From the NCBI RefSeq assembly GCF_054482525.1, contig NZ_CM137006.1: a stretch of 64,000 nt of DNA; one strand, given 5' to 3'. Position 1 is the first letter of the stretch, and the number at the start of each line of letters is the position of its first letter. The notes below the pieces were generated by a model. The model was not told the DNA's origin. It searched no databases and saw only the letters and a program-made list of their open reading frames with translations. Shown here in pieces: positions 50,366 through 62,204 of this stretch. Both the position numbers and the translations under genes were made by a program.

Positions 50366-51922
50366 ATGGAATTCTTAATGGACCCCTCAATTTGGGCGGG
50401 GCTACTCACGCTTGTTGTTCTCGAAATTGTGCTGGGTATCGATAACCTGGTCTTCATCGCCATTCTTGCTGACAAACTGCCGCCAAAACAACGCGATAAA
50501 GCGCGTTTGCTGGGATTATCACTGGCGCTGATTATGCGTCTGGGGCTGCTGTCGCTGATTTCATGGATGGTCACGCTGACCAAACCGCTATTTACCGTCA
50601 TGGATTTCTCCTTCTCCGGACGCGACCTGATTATGTTGTTCGGGGGGATATTCTTGCTGTTCAAAGCAACAACCGAACTGCATGAACGGCTGGAAAACCG
50701 CGATCATGATTCCGGCCACGGTAAAGGCTACGCCAGTTTCTGGGTGGTCGTCACACAGATTGTCATCCTTGACGCCGTCTTCTCATTGGATGCGGTAATT
50801 ACTGCAGTAGGGATGGTTAACCATCTGCCGGTGATGATGGCGGCGGTAGTGATTGCGATGGCGGTTATGCTGCTGGCATCGAAACCGCTGACGCGATTCG
50901 TTAACCAGCACCCCACGGTGGTGGTGCTCTGTCTGAGCTTCCTGTTAATGATTGGTCTGAGTCTGGTGGCAGAAGGTTTCGGTTTCCACATTCCGAAAGG
51001 TTACCTGTATGCCGCTATTGGCTTCTCGATCATCATCGAAGTGTTTAACCAGATTGCGCGTCGCAACTTTATTCGTCATCAGTCGACTTTGCCGCTGCGA
51101 GCGCGTACTGCCGATGCCATCCTGCGTTTGATGGGCGGGAAACGTCAGGCCAATGTTCAGCACGATGCCGATAACCCGATGCCGATGCCGATCCCGGAAG
51201 GTGCGTTTGCCGAAGAAGAACGTTACATGATTAACGGCGTATTGACGCTGGCGTCGCGTTCTCTGCGCGGGATCATGACGCCGCGCGGTGAAATAAGCTG
51301 GGTTGACGCTAATCTCGGGGTCGATGAAATCCGCGAGCAACTGCTCTCTTCACCGCACAGTCTGTTCCCGGTATGTCGCGGTGAACTGGATGAAATCATT
51401 GGTATCGTACGTGCTAAAGAACTGCTGGTGGCGCTGGAAGAGGGCGTTGATGTGGCGGCGATTGCTTCGGCGTCTCCGGCAATTATCGTTCCGGAAACCC
51501 TCGATCCGATCAACCTGTTGGGCGTTCTGCGTCGTGCTCGCGGGAGCTTTGTTATCGTGACCAACGAGTTTGGTGTGGTACAAGGCTTGGTCACGCCGCT
51601 GGATGTGCTGGAAGCCATTGCGGGTGAATTCCCGGACGCTGACGAAACGCCGGAAATCATTACTGATGGTGACGGCTGGCTGGTAAAAGGCGGTACAGAT
51701 TTGCATGCCTTGCAGCAGGCGCTTGATGTTGAGCACCTTGCCGATGACGATGATATCGCGACGGTCGCGGGCCTCGTGATCTCGGCAAATGGTCACATTC
51801 CCCGTGTGGGCGATGTGATTGATGTAGGGCCACTGCATATCACCATCATTGAAGCCAATGATTATCGTGTTGATCTGGTTCGCATTGTTAAAGAGCAACC
51901 GGCGCACGATGAAGATGAGTAA
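50366..51922 (+). CDS. yoaE: TerC-family membrane protein with C-terminal CBS / CorC-HlyC domains
   Basis: 518-aa [50 protein letters not shown]…. Confidence 0.88.
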
Positions 51923-51925
51923 GCG

Positions 51926-53524
51926 TTAACGTAACGGCATAATGGGCGTGATATGTCCATTATGCCGGGCGGGCGGCGGTTGGCTGCCCGCCAGCCATTT
52001 GGGAAAATCACGTAGCGGCATCGGCTGTGCGTACAAATACCCTTGCAAAATATGCACGCCATGACGGCGCAAATACTTCGCCTGTTCTTGCGTTTCCACG
52101 CCCTCCGCCACCAGTTCAATATTCAGTCTTTGCCCCAGCGCGATGATGATATCGGTCACCGTCGAGTTAACCGCGTCAGAACCTATAGCTGCGGTAAATG
52201 ACTTATCAATTTTCAGCACGTCAGGACGTAATGTTTCAAGCCAGGAAAACGAACTGTTGCCGGTGCCGAAGTCATCAATCGCCAGTTTGACGTTTTTACG
52301 ATGCAGCTCGCGGGCAATCCGATAATCAACATCCAGTAAGGCATCGCGTTCGGTGATTTCGAGGATCAGTTGCTGAATCGGGTGAGCGCTAAACCAGTAC
52401 TGATTGAGATCTTTTATCAGCACACCACGGCGAAAATGACTGGGTGCGACGTTAATGCCAACATGAAACTGACTACTCATTGGGAAAACATGCCGCTGAC
52501 GGATGGTTTCTGCCATCACATAGCGGGTCAGTGGCACAATTAAATGATGTTCTTCCGCGATAGGAATAAACACATCCGGTGAAATCCAGCCCTGACGTGG
52601 ATTGTTCCAGCGCAGCAAAATCTCTACACCAATACATTGCTGGCTGCGCGCATTAAGCAAAGGCTGGCAGAACAATTCGAACTCATGTTGCGCCAGGCCC
52701 AGATTGATTTCGCGGGAAAAACTCATCCGGTAAGCGGTCGCCAGCCAGGCGATATAGCCCACCAGTAAACTTAGCAGCACCGCCAGCGGTAATTGTGTTG
52801 GAAGATAGTGCCATGCCAGCGCCGTAGCCCCCGGACCATTAACGTTAATGGTAAAAGGAAAGCGTTGCGAAGAAACCTGATAGTTTTCATTGTCTTCAGG
52901 TTGCGGAAGGGAATCTACCAGCCCATTACCATAGAGCAAATGCCGTTTGTCCACCGTCAGGCTGGCGCTACTGATTTGCGGCAGTTGTGGCTCAAGGAGC
53001 ATTGCCGTCAGTAAGTCGATGTTAATCATCTCCATGACCCCAGCATTGCTACTGCCCGCTGCAGGTGTCCATTGAATCAAAACCGGACTGCCTTTAATCA
53101 GGGCACGGTCGATCGTCAGGCGTAAAAGTGGTTGCGGTGCAGGAAGTTCAGCCAGAATGTCCACGACGGGCACATTGCGATAACCAAAAATGCTGGAGCA
53201 ATAAAGTGTGCCGTCTTGCACCAGGCCAATGGATCGCACAGTTTGGAGTTTTGCCGCCTGTTTACGTAATGGCAAATGGGCGACAGAGCAGGGCAGACCA
53301 ATCAGCGGAAGCAAGACTTCGCTACCTGCCTGTAGGGGAAGCAGTACTTTATCTAATTCCTCTACAGTGTGATTGGCGAATTGTACTACCCGTTGTTGAT
53401 TTAAGTTACGCTGTGAAATAAATCGCACGCTCAGGGTCGAAGCGAGCGTAACGAGTGCGCAAATCGTACAAACAATCATTCGATTACGGCGATAGGTTTT
53501 AATGATCCGTTGTGCTTTTTGCAT
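51926..53524 (-). CDS. pdeD: c-di-GMP phosphodiesterase (CSS-motif sensor + EAL domain)
   Basis: ATG (complement 53522-53524) gives MQKAQRIIKTYRRNRMIVCTICALVTLAST…; 532 aa; C-terminal EAL-domain sequence; formerly yoaD. Confidence 0.85.
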   Translation of the reverse strand: MQKAQRIIKTYRRNRMIVCTICALVTLASTLSVRFISQRNLNQQRVVQFANHTVEELDKVLLPLQAGSEVLLPLIGLPCSVAHLPLRKQAAKLQTVRSIGLVQDGTLYCSSIFGYRNVPVVDILAELPAPQPLLRLTIDRALIKGSPVLIQWTPAAGSSNAGVMEMINIDLLTAMLLEPQLPQISSASLTVDKRHLLYGNGLVDSLPQPEDNENYQVSSQRFPFTINVNGPGATALAWHYLPTQLPLAVLLSLLVGYIAWLATAYRMSFSREINLGLAQHEFELFCQPLLNARSQQCIGVEILLRWNNPRQGWISPDVFIPIAEEHHLIVPLTRYVMAETIRQRHVFPMSSQFHVGINVAPSHFRRGVLIKDLNQYWFSAHPIQQLILEITERDALLDVDYRIARELHRKNVKLAIDDFGTGNSSFSWLETLRPDVLKIDKSFTAAIGSDAVNSTVTDIIIALGQRLNIELVAEGVETQEQAKYLRRHGVHILQGYLYAQPMPLRDFPKWLAGSQPPPARHNGHITPIMPLR

Positions 53525-53654
53525 GCGGGCCACCCTGTAAGCGTATGGCGACAAACGCCTGACGCAACAGTGGAAGTGTAGTGGGGAAAATTACAGCAGA
53601 CGAGAAAGCGGGGATAAATTCGCCCATCCGTTGCAGATGGGCGAGTAAGAAGTA

Positions 53655-55019
53655 TTAGTCACACTGGACTTTGATTGCCAGACCACCGCGTGAGGTTTCG
53701 CGGTATTTAGCGTTCATGTCCTTACCGGTTTCGTACATCGTTTCGATGACCTTATCCAGCGAGACGCGCGGTGCACTGGTGCGACGCAGGGCCATCCGCG
53801 CGGCGTTAATCGCCTTGACTGACGCAATGGCGTTACGTTCAATGCACGGCACCTGAACTTGCCCTGCAACAGGGTCACAGGTCAGACCGAGGTTGTGCTC
53901 CATGCCAATTTCCGCTGCCACACAAACCTGTTCCGGGCTACCGCCCAACAGCTCGGCAAGGCCCGCAGCAGCCATTGAACAGGCAACACCCACTTCGCCC
54001 TGGCAACCGACTTCCGCACCGGAAATAGAGGCGTTCATTTTATACAGTGCACCAATCGCGCCCGCTGCCATAAAGTAACGGGTATAGATGTCCGGGCTGA
54101 CCGATTCAATAAAGTGGTCATAGTAAGCCAGCACTGCCGGAACGATACCGCAGGCACCGTTGGTTGGCGCAGTTACCACACGACCACCGGCGGCGTTTTC
54201 TTCGTTAACTGCCAGCGCAAACATGTTTACCCAGTCAATGACATTCATCGGATCGTTAGACAGTTTATCGCTGGAAACTAACATCCGGCGCAGGGCAGAC
54301 GCACGACGTGGCACGCGCAGCGGGCCTGGCAGTACACCTTCGGTGTTCATCCCGCGATCGATACATGCCTGCATGGTTTGCCAGACATGCGCGAAATACT
54401 CGTCGATCTCTTTCTTGCTGTGCAGCGCCAGTTCGTTCTGCATAGCGAGACCAGACAGCGAATAGCCGGTTTCATTACAGTACGCGAGCAGTTCGGTGGC
54501 AGATTTGAACGGATACGGCACGCTCACTTCGTTGGCAGCATCCTGACCAAAGTGTTCTTCATCGACGATAAAACCGCCGCCGATGGAATAATAAGTTTTG
54601 CTGTAGATGACTTCATCGCCGTTATAGGCGTGGATTTGCATGCCGTTTTCATGCAGCGGCAGGTTGCCGTTATGAAAACGCATCCCGTTGTCGCGCGGGA
54701 AATCCACTTCATGCCGTCCCTGTGCCAGCAGCAGACGTTCGCGCTCTTCTACGTCGCGAATAAAACCGGGAATACTGTCGATATCCACGGTGGCAGGTTC
54801 GTTACCTGCAAGACCCATAATAATGGCGATATCGGTGTGGTGGCCTTTACCCGTCAGCGACAGTGAACCATAAACGTCCACGGCAACGCGAGTAACGCTA
54901 TCCAGTAAGCCTTTTTCGACCAGATCATCGACGAACTGTTTACCCGCCTTCATAGGCCCTACGGTATGGGAAGATGAGGGACCAATCCCCACCTTAAACA
55001 TGTCGAATAGACTAATCAC
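53655..55019 (-). CDS. sdaA: L-serine dehydratase 1 (Fe-S)
   Basis: 454-aa [36 protein letters not shown]…. Confidence 0.93.
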   Translation of the reverse strand: MISLFDMFKVGIGPSSSHTVGPMKAGKQFVDDLVEKGLLDSVTRVAVDVYGSLSLTGKGHHTDIAIIMGLAGNEPATVDIDSIPGFIRDVEERERLLLAQGRHEVDFPRDNGMRFHNGNLPLHENGMQIHAYNGDEVIYSKTYYSIGGGFIVDEEHFGQDAANEVSVPYPFKSATELLAYCNETGYSLSGLAMQNELALHSKKEIDEYFAHVWQTMQACIDRGMNTEGVLPGPLRVPRRASALRRMLVSSDKLSNDPMNVIDWVNMFALAVNEENAAGGRVVTAPTNGACGIVPAVLAYYDHFIESVSPDIYTRYFMAAGAIGALYKMNASISGAEVGCQGEVGVACSMAAAGLAELLGGSPEQVCVAAEIGMEHNLGLTCDPVAGQVQVPCIERNAIASVKAINAARMALRRTSAPRVSLDKVIETMYETGKDMNAKYRETSRGGLAIKVQCD

Positions 55020-55202
55020 GATAATACTCCTGACAAGGTGACTGGACTTCCAGTAACGAACTAATAACAGCGCATAGTGTAAGAGGGAACGCGGCGACTG
55101 GCTTAACTATTCACATGAATTAAACTAATCAAAAACCGCGATTTAACTAATATTGCGATGATTGTCTCAGGTAGTGTTTTGTAGATGTAAAGATAAGTAT
55201 AG

Positions 55203-55781
55203 TCAGGGTTTCACACCAATTTGCAGCGCCAGTTCACGAATTATGCCTGCGGTCATTCCCCATACAAAATACTGTTCGTACCAGGACAGCCATACCCGAT
55301 GTGAATCGCCACGGCGGTAGATATCTAAAGGGTGATAACGACCCAGATGTAATGCCTGGGCGAGCGGCATTTCAAACACCGCCGAGACTTCATCTTCACT
55401 GGCGCGATACGGCAGATCGGGCGGGATAATGCCGACCACTGGGGTTACCTGGTAGCCAGTTACGCTATCGACGGGCGGCAGCACGCCGATAACTTCAACG
55501 GCGGAAGGCGGTATAGCGACCTCTTCTTCAGCTTCGCGCAGTGCGGCGGCGATAACTGATGCGTCCGTGTCATCGACTGCACCTCCAGGGAATGCCACTT
55601 GTCCAGCGTGTTTACGCAGATGAATTGAACGCTGAGTCAGCAACAACCCCGGTTGCGGTCGACGGACGATGGGGATTAACACGGCAGCCTGACGATGATT
55701 TAGGGTTTCCCGGTTAATTTGCGGGCGCAAAAGTTGAAAGCGCGATAAAAAATCATCAAGCGTCAGGCTACGGTATTCCAC
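55203..55781 (-). CDS. nudL: Nudix hydrolase NudL
   Basis: 192-aa ORF with Nudix box (…[26 protein letters not shown]…). Confidence 0.88.
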
Positions 55782-55784
55782 GTC

Positions 55785-57146
55785 TTACTTCTCCAGTTGG
55801 CGTAATATCTTATTAACTTTATCAAAAGTTTCCTGATATTCCGCTTCTTCCTGGCTATCGGCGACAATTCCACCGCCCGCAGAGCAGTATATTTGTCCGT
55901 TAATGGCAGTCAGCGTGCGGATAGTAATGCTGGTGTCCATATTGCCGCAAAAGCTCAAATAGCCAATGCTGCCGCACCAGGCATTGCGTCGGTGCGGTTC
56001 CAGTTCGTCGATAATTTCCATAGCCCGTACTTTCGGAGCCCCGGTTATTGAGCCACCAGGAAAAGCTGCGCGCAGCAGATCGCTGGCGTGTAACTGTTCT
56101 GGTAGCCGCGCCGTTATGGTGCTGACCAGATGATGCACGGCAGGGAAGGGTTCGACCACGAACAGCTCTGGTACTTTTACCGAACCAGCTACGGCAACGC
56201 GACCGATATCATTACGCATTAAATCAACAATCATCAGATTTTCAGCGCGATCTTTCGCTGAGTTCGCCAGTTTTTCTGCTTGTTTGCTATCTTCTTGGGG
56301 ATCGGGCAGGCGTGGTAGCGTGCCTTTAATCGGGCGGGTCTGGATTTCACTATTATCACAAAGGATAAACCGCTCTGGCGAAAGGCTTAAAATCGCGCCC
56401 TGTTCAAGACGTAAAAAAGCGCTAAATGGCGCGCGGTTGGCCTGATTAAGCTGAAGGAATGCCTGCCATTCATCGCCAGAATAGGCCGCATGAAAACGCT
56501 GGGCGAGATTCACCTGATAGCAATCACCGCTGTGCAGATATTCCTGTACCTGGCGAAATTTTTCGCCGTACTGCTCGCGGGTCATATTGGATTGCCAGTC
56601 GGAAGTGAGCGCGAAATCTTCCTGCGGGGAGAATTGCTGGTTTTCCAGCCAGGCCCGACGGGCATTGACATCATTATGACTCAGCAAAGAAACTGTTTGA
56701 CGCTGGTGGTCAACAACCAGCGCCCAGTCGTAGATACCCACTGCCATATCAGGCAGAACGATATCTTGCTGCGCAATTTCTGGCAGTGACTCAAAACGGC
56801 GGCCCAGATCGTAGCCAAACAACCCCAGCGCGCCGCCCTGAAATGGCAAATCTTCGTTATGCGCTGGGCGAATGTCTGCGCGATCCAGCACCTGCTGGAG
56901 CACCTGTAGCGGGTCATCAGTGGTCGTTGTGCGTTTTTCGCTTTCACAAACAACGGTTTCTTTACCGAAAGTGGTTAAAGTGCAAATCGGCTCGGCGACC
57001 ACAATATCAAAGCGGCTATACGGATGATCGGCATAGCCGGAGTGTAAAAGCATCGCCCACGGCAGGTGGCTTAAGCGGGTGAAATAAAATTCAGCGGCGT
57101 CCTGACGCCAGGGTAAAGTAATCACAGCGGGAGATAACGTCTTCAT
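55785..57146 (-). CDS. pabB: Aminodeoxychorismate synthase component I
   Basis: 453-aa ORF MKTLSPAVITLPWRQDAAEFYFTRLSHLPWAMLLHSGYADHPYSRFDIV…; chorismate-binding enzyme family. Confidence 0.93.
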   Translation of the reverse strand: MKTLSPAVITLPWRQDAAEFYFTRLSHLPWAMLLHSGYADHPYSRFDIVVAEPICTLTTFGKETVVCESEKRTTTTDDPLQVLQQVLDRADIRPAHNEDLPFQGGALGLFGYDLGRRFESLPEIAQQDIVLPDMAVGIYDWALVVDHQRQTVSLLSHNDVNARRAWLENQQFSPQEDFALTSDWQSNMTREQYGEKFRQVQEYLHSGDCYQVNLAQRFHAAYSGDEWQAFLQLNQANRAPFSAFLRLEQGAILSLSPERFILCDNSEIQTRPIKGTLPRLPDPQEDSKQAEKLANSAKDRAENLMIVDLMRNDIGRVAVAGSVKVPELFVVEPFPAVHHLVSTITARLPEQLHASDLLRAAFPGGSITGAPKVRAMEIIDELEPHRRNAWCGSIGYLSFCGNMDTSITIRTLTAINGQIYCSAGGGIVADSQEEAEYQETFDKVNKILRQLEK

Positions 57147-57219
57147 CAGTCCTGACTCTACTGGCTATGTGCCGGGTAGCATGAAATAATTAGCGCCAAC
57201 AATTTAGCAGGAGTTAACA

Positions 57220-57399
57220 ATGTTTGCAGGTTTACCTTCACTCACCCATGAACAGCAGCAAAAAGCCGTCGAGCGGATCCAGGAACTGATGGCACAAGGG
57301 ATGAGCAGCGGCCAGGCAATCGCGTTGGTGGCAGAAGAGCTGCGTGCCAACCATTCCGGCGAACGAATTGTGGCGCGTTTTGAGGATGAAGACGAGTAA
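57220..57399 (+). CDS. yoaH: UPF0181 small protein YoaH
   Basis: Read directly from DNA: ATG at 57220 gives [59 protein letters not shown], 59 aa. Confidence 0.8.
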
Positions 57400-57518
57400 C
57401 ACACTAATCCGTATCGCTTTCGTTATACAAGCCGATGGTTATTTGATTGTGAGAAAAAGGACGCTTTTCATATGTGATTAAAAGCGTCCTGACCCATTTA
57501 TGCTGATGTAAATTTAAC

Positions 57519-57818
57519 TTAGACCAGTGCTTTTAGTTCTTCCTGCATATATGTTGAAAAGTATTCAGGATTTTTAATCACAATGCGTTCACCAGACTCC
57601 ATTTTTTTTGCCCATCCAACCATTTTTTCCGTGAACCCCGGGTTCCAGCCTTCCTGGTCAGCTCGCGCCGTAATATCGGCGGCGCTCGCGGGTACTCCCA
57701 GTTCTTTTAAATATTTAAAGATTCCCTTTGCCGTGCTTTCATTCATCGAACTTGGTGTTGGCGCTGATACATCCATGGCACCAATGAAATCCAGGGCTTT
57801 ATCTATTACAGCAGGCAT
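57519..57818 (-). CDS. yoaC: DUF1889 protein YoaC
   Basis: ATG (complement 57816-57818) gives MPAVIDKALDFIGAMDVSAPTPSSMNESTAKGIFKYLKELGVPA…; 99 aa; the track ORF has a 20-codon in-frame extension. Confidence 0.78.
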   Translation of the reverse strand: MPAVIDKALDFIGAMDVSAPTPSSMNESTAKGIFKYLKELGVPASAADITARADQEGWNPGFTEKMVGWAKKMESGERIVIKNPEYFSTYMQEELKALV

Positions 57819-58239
57819 ATTCTTATCCTTAAAATTAACCATGTTATCGATAAGGCTATATATGACCTTAATTTGCATCTAATATCAAAGGGATTATAAC
57901 GATATGGCACGAGTTAACCTGTTGACATTCAGGTGTTTTAAAGGTAGCAGCTCATGGTGTGTTATCCAGTAAGAGGGAGAAAATTGACGGTCAGTTCTCA
58001 CGCTATAACCAAATTGTTCAGCTAAGAAAGAAAACCAGAGATGCTAATCGAAGGGCGAACACAACGGCATGGTTATGTTTATTTATATAGTTAGCTTTAT
58101 AGCTAAAATTGAAATTATAAAAATAAATAATGAATTAGCAGGAGCATCAACAGTAATATCTTAATCTCTGGTCGATTTATGTAAAACCGACCAGTATTAT
58201 CGATAAATTATCGTCTGACTTATTTTGCTTCGATAAAGC

Positions 58240-58584
58240 TTACACCGCAGCCACAATCTTAATTTCAACTTTATACTTCGGGTTCATCAAACCCGCTTGT
58301 ACCGTGCAGCGCACCGGCGCATGACCCGCGACAACCCAGGCATCCCACGCTTTATTCATCGCCGCGAAGTCGTTTTTATCGGCCAGGAAAATGGTGGCAT
58401 CCAGAATGCTCGATTTATTGCTGCCCTGTTTTTCCAGCACGGCGTCAATCTGCGCCAGCGTGTTGGCGGTTTGCTCAAAGGCATCGGCGTCGAGGTTTTC
58501 CGGTACACCAGTGTAGTAGAGCGTGTTGTTGTGGATTACTACATCAGACCAGCGGGCTTCAGCATCGATACGAACGATAGTCAT
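58240..58584 (-). CDS. yoaB: RidA/YjgF-family protein YoaB
   Basis: ATG (complement 58582-58584) gives MTIVRIDAEARWSDVVIHNNTLYYTGVPENLDADAFEQTANTLAQIDAVLEKQG…; 114 aa. Confidence 0.85.
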   Translation of the reverse strand: MTIVRIDAEARWSDVVIHNNTLYYTGVPENLDADAFEQTANTLAQIDAVLEKQGSNKSSILDATIFLADKNDFAAMNKAWDAWVVAGHAPVRCTVQAGLMNPKYKVEIKIVAAV

Positions 58585-58715
58585 CATTTTGTCCTCATTA
58601 TCCTTCCATTTTCGTGCTGCAAAGACTGCCACAATGTGAGGTCGCCGTCACCACTTCAACTGGCGAAAGCGCCCTCATCCTGACATAATCCCTGTTCAAA
58701 TCAACAGGGGGTAGT

Positions 58716-60626
58716 GTGACGGACGATTTTGCACCAGACGGTCAGTTGGCGAAAGCGATACCAGGCTTTAAGCCGCGAGAACCACAGCGACAGATGGCGG
58801 TAGCCGTCACCCAGGCGATAGAAAAAGGCCAGCCGCTGGTGGTGGAAGCCGGAACCGGTACGGGCAAAACCTACGCTTACCTGGCCCCTGCGCTGCGGGC
58901 GAAAAAGAAAGTCATTATCTCGACCGGTTCAAAAGCGTTGCAGGATCAGCTCTACAGCCGCGATTTGCCAACGGTTTCAAAGGCGTTGAAATATACGGGC
59001 AACGTGGCGTTGCTGAAAGGGCGCTCAAACTACCTCTGCCTCGAACGTCTTGAACAGCAGGCGCTGGCGGGGGGCGATCTGCCGGTACAAATCTTAAGCG
59101 ATGTGATCCTGCTGCGCTCCTGGTCTAATCAAACAGTCGATGGTGATATCAGCACCTGCGTCAGCGTGGCGGAAGATTCACAGGCGTGGCCGCTGGTCAC
59201 CAGCACCAACGACAACTGTCTTGGCAGCGACTGCCCGATGTATAAAGATTGCTTTGTGGTCAAAGCACGCAAAAAAGCGATGGACGCCGATGTGGTGGTG
59301 GTAAACCATCATCTCTTTCTGGCGGATATGGTGGTGAAAGAGAGTGGATTTGGCGAACTGATCCCGGAAGCGGACGTCATGATCTTTGACGAAGCCCATC
59401 AGCTGCCCGACATTGCCAGCCAGTATTTTGGTCAGTCACTCTCCAGTCGACAACTGCTCGACCTGGCAAAAGACATCACCATCGCCTACCGCACCGAATT
59501 AAAAGACACCCAGCAGTTACAAAAGTGCGCCGACCGCCTTGCCCAGAGCGCGCAGGATTTTCGCCTGCAATTAGGTGAGCCAGGTTATCGTGGCAACCTG
59601 CGCGAACTGTTAGCTAATCCGCAAATTCAGCGGGCGTTTTTACTGCTCGATGACACCCTGGAACTTTGTTATGACGTGGCGAAACTGTCGCTGGGGCGTT
59701 CCGCCTTGCTGGATGCAGCATTTGAGCGCGCCACGTTGTATCGCACGCGGCTGAAACGGCTAAAAGAGATCAATCAGCCGGGCTACAGCTACTGGTACGA
59801 ATGCACTTCGCGCCATTTTACTCTGGCGCTCACGCCGCTCAGCGTGGCGGATAAATTCAAAGAGTTAATGGCGCAAAAACTAGGTAGCTGGATCTTTACC
59901 TCAGCAACGCTGTCGGTGAATGACGATCTGCATCATTTCACCTCGCGGCTTGGCATTGAACAGGCAGAGTCGTTGCTGTTACCCAGCCCGTTTGATTACA
60001 GCCGCCAGGCGTTACTCTGTGTGCCGCGCAACCTGCCGCAAACTAATCAACCGGGTTCCGCACGGCAACTGGCGGCAATGCTGCGACCGATCATCGAAGC
60101 TAACAACGGTCGTTGTTTTATGCTTTGTACCTCGCACGCCATGATGCGCGATCTGGCTGAGCAGTTCCGCGCTACCATGACGCTTCCCGTTTTGTTGCAG
60201 GGGGAAACCAGCAAAGGGCAACTGTTGCAGCAATTTGTCAGCGCCGGTAACGCGCTTCTTGTGGCAACCAGCAGCTTCTGGGAAGGGGTGGATGTGCGTG
60301 GCGATACATTGTCGCTGGTGATTATCGACAAGTTGCCGTTTACCTCACCGGATGATCCACTATTAAAAGCGCGCATGGAAGATTGCCGTTTGCGCGGTGG
60401 CGACCCGTTCGATGAAGTACAACTACCGGATGCGGTGATTACTCTCAAGCAGGGGGTAGGGCGACTGATTCGCGACGCCGACGATCGCGGGGTTTTGGTG
60501 ATTTGTGACAATCGGCTGGTGATGCGCCCTTACGGCGCGACGTTTCTCGCCAGTCTGCCGCCCGCGCCGCGCACCCGTGACATTGCCCGTGCGGTTCGCT
60601 TCCTTGCGATACCATCCTCCAGGTAA
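58716..60626 (+). CDS. yoaA: DinG-family ATP-dependent DNA helicase YoaA
   Basis: 636-aa ORF; Walker A VVEAGTGTGKT, DEAH-type box (IFDEAHQLPD), cysteine cluster (CLGSDCPMYKDC) typical of Fe-S DinG/Rad3 helicases. Confidence 0.92.
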   Translation: MTDDFAPDGQLAKAIPGFKPREPQRQMAVAVTQAIEKGQPLVVEAGTGTGKTYAYLAPALRAKKKVIISTGSKALQDQLYSRDLPTVSKALKYTGNVALLKGRSNYLCLERLEQQALAGGDLPVQILSDVILLRSWSNQTVDGDISTCVSVAEDSQAWPLVTSTNDNCLGSDCPMYKDCFVVKARKKAMDADVVVVNHHLFLADMVVKESGFGELIPEADVMIFDEAHQLPDIASQYFGQSLSSRQLLDLAKDITIAYRTELKDTQQLQKCADRLAQSAQDFRLQLGEPGYRGNLRELLANPQIQRAFLLLDDTLELCYDVAKLSLGRSALLDAAFERATLYRTRLKRLKEINQPGYSYWYECTSRHFTLALTPLSVADKFKELMAQKLGSWIFTSATLSVNDDLHHFTSRLGIEQAESLLLPSPFDYSRQALLCVPRNLPQTNQPGSARQLAAMLRPIIEANNGRCFMLCTSHAMMRDLAEQFRATMTLPVLLQGETSKGQLLQQFVSAGNALLVATSSFWEGVDVRGDTLSLVIIDKLPFTSPDDPLLKARMEDCRLRGGDPFDEVQLPDAVITLKQGVGRLIRDADDRGVLVICDNRLVMRPYGATFLASLPPAPRTRDIARAVRFLAIPSSR

Positions 60627-60683
60627 TTTGTGATGGAGTATGGTATGATGCGCGCCTTTTTATTGATCTAAGCACGAAGACCC

Positions 60684-61379
60684 ATGCGAATTCTGGCTAT
60701 CGATACCGCGACAGAGGCCTGCTCTGTCGCCCTGTGGAACGACGGTACTGTCAACGCTCATTTTGAGCTTTGCCCTCGTGAACATACTCAACGAATCTTA
60801 CCGATGGTGCAGGATATCCTGACCACCAGCGGAACTTCCCTGACTGATATTAACGCTCTGGCTTACGGGCGCGGCCCCGGTAGCTTTACTGGCGTGCGCA
60901 TTGGTATTGGCATCGCGCAAGGGCTGGCGCTTGGCGCGGAATTACCGATGATTGGCGTCTCCACGCTAATGACGATGGCGCAAGGGGCGTGGCGCAAAAA
61001 CGGCGCAACACGCGTGCTGGCAGCCATTGACGCGCGAATGGGCGAAGTTTACTGGGCCGAATATCAGCGTGATGAAAACGGTATCTGGCACGGTGAAGAA
61101 ACCGAAGCCGTACTGAAACCCGAACTCGTTCATGAACGAATGCAACAGCTTTCCGGCGAATGGGTGACGGTAGGGACGGGCTGGCAAGCCTGGCCGGATC
61201 TCGGTAAAGAGAGCGGGCTGGTTTTGCGCGATGGCGAAGTGTTACTCCCCGCTGCAGAAGATATGCTGCCGATTGCTTGTCAGATGTTTGCCGAGGGTAA
61301 AACGGTGGCGGTGGAACATGCCGAACCGGTTTATTTACGTAACAACATCGCATGGAAGAAACTTCCGGGCAAAGAATGA
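60684..61379 (+). CDS. tsaB: tRNA t6A37 threonylcarbamoyladenosine biosynthesis protein TsaB
   Basis: 231-aa [26 protein letters not shown]…; formerly yeaZ. Confidence 0.93.
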   Translation: MRILAIDTATEACSVALWNDGTVNAHFELCPREHTQRILPMVQDILTTSGTSLTDINALAYGRGPGSFTGVRIGIGIAQGLALGAELPMIGVSTLMTMAQGAWRKNGATRVLAAIDARMGEVYWAEYQRDENGIWHGEETEAVLKPELVHERMQQLSGEWVTVGTGWQAWPDLGKESGLVLRDGEVLLPAAEDMLPIACQMFAEGKTVAVEHAEPVYLRNNIAWKKLPGKE

Positions 61380-61418
61380 ATCTTAAGAGTATGCCCTGAG
61401 AAAAAAAGGAGTCGCATC

Positions 61419-62000
61419 ATGGCGGTTCAAAAGAACGTTATCAAAGGCATACTGGCAGGTACGTTTGCGCTAATGCTGAGCGGTTGTGTCACTGTGCCGG
61501 ACGCCATTAAAGGCAGCAGTCCCACGCCGCAACAAGATTTAGTTCGGGTGATGAGTGCGCCGCAGCTGTACGTTGGTCAGGAGGCACGCTTTGGTGGCAA
61601 AGTGGTTGCGGTACAAAACCAGCAAGGGAAAACCCGCCTGGAAATTGCCACCGTACCACTGGACAGCGGAGCCAGACCGACGCTGGGAGAACCTTCTCGC
61701 GGTCGCATTTATGCTGATGTGAACGGTTTTCTGGACCCGGTCGATTTTCGTGGACAACTGGTTACGGTAGTCGGGCCAATTACCGGTGCGGTTGACGGCA
61801 AAATCGGCAACACGCCCTATAAATTTATGGTGATGCAGGTAACGGGTTACAAACGTTGGCATTTAACCCAGCAGGTGATTATGCCGCCTCAGCCGATTGA
61901 TCCATGGTTTTATGGTGGTCGTGGCTGGCCCTATGGCTACGGTGGATGGGGCTGGTATAATCCCGGCCCCGCGAGAGTACAAACTGTTGTAACTGAATAA
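61419..62000 (+). CDS. yeaY: Slp-family outer-membrane lipoprotein YeaY
   Basis: 193-aa ORF with lipoprotein signal (…LMLSGC); C-terminal Gly/Trp/Tyr-rich tail. Confidence 0.88.
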
Positions 62001-62115
62001 TTGCTTGTTTTTAAAGAAAAAGAAACAGCGGCTGGTCCGCTGTTTCTGCATTCTTACGGTAAAGATAAAAATAAATAGTGACGCGCTTCGCAACCTTTTC
62101 GTTGGGTAATTATCA

Positions 62116-62132
62116 AGCTGGTATGATGAGTT
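62116..62132. promoter_or_regulatory. FadR operator-like site in the fadD promoter
   Basis: AGCTGGTATGATGAGTT resembles the FadR consensus (ANCTGGTCNGACCAGTT-like) about 75 bp upstream of the fadD start. Confidence 0.55.
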
Positions 62133-62204
62133 AATATTATGTTAACGGCATGTATATCATTTGGGGTTGCGATGACGACGAACACGCATTTTAGAGGTGA
62201 AGAA

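Noticed and set aside
60047-61353. Two minus-strand ORFs of 154 and 155 aa rich in Arg, Ser and Pro
   Set aside because: Antisense to yoaA and tsaB respectively; composition typical of the reverse strand of GC-rich coding sequence.
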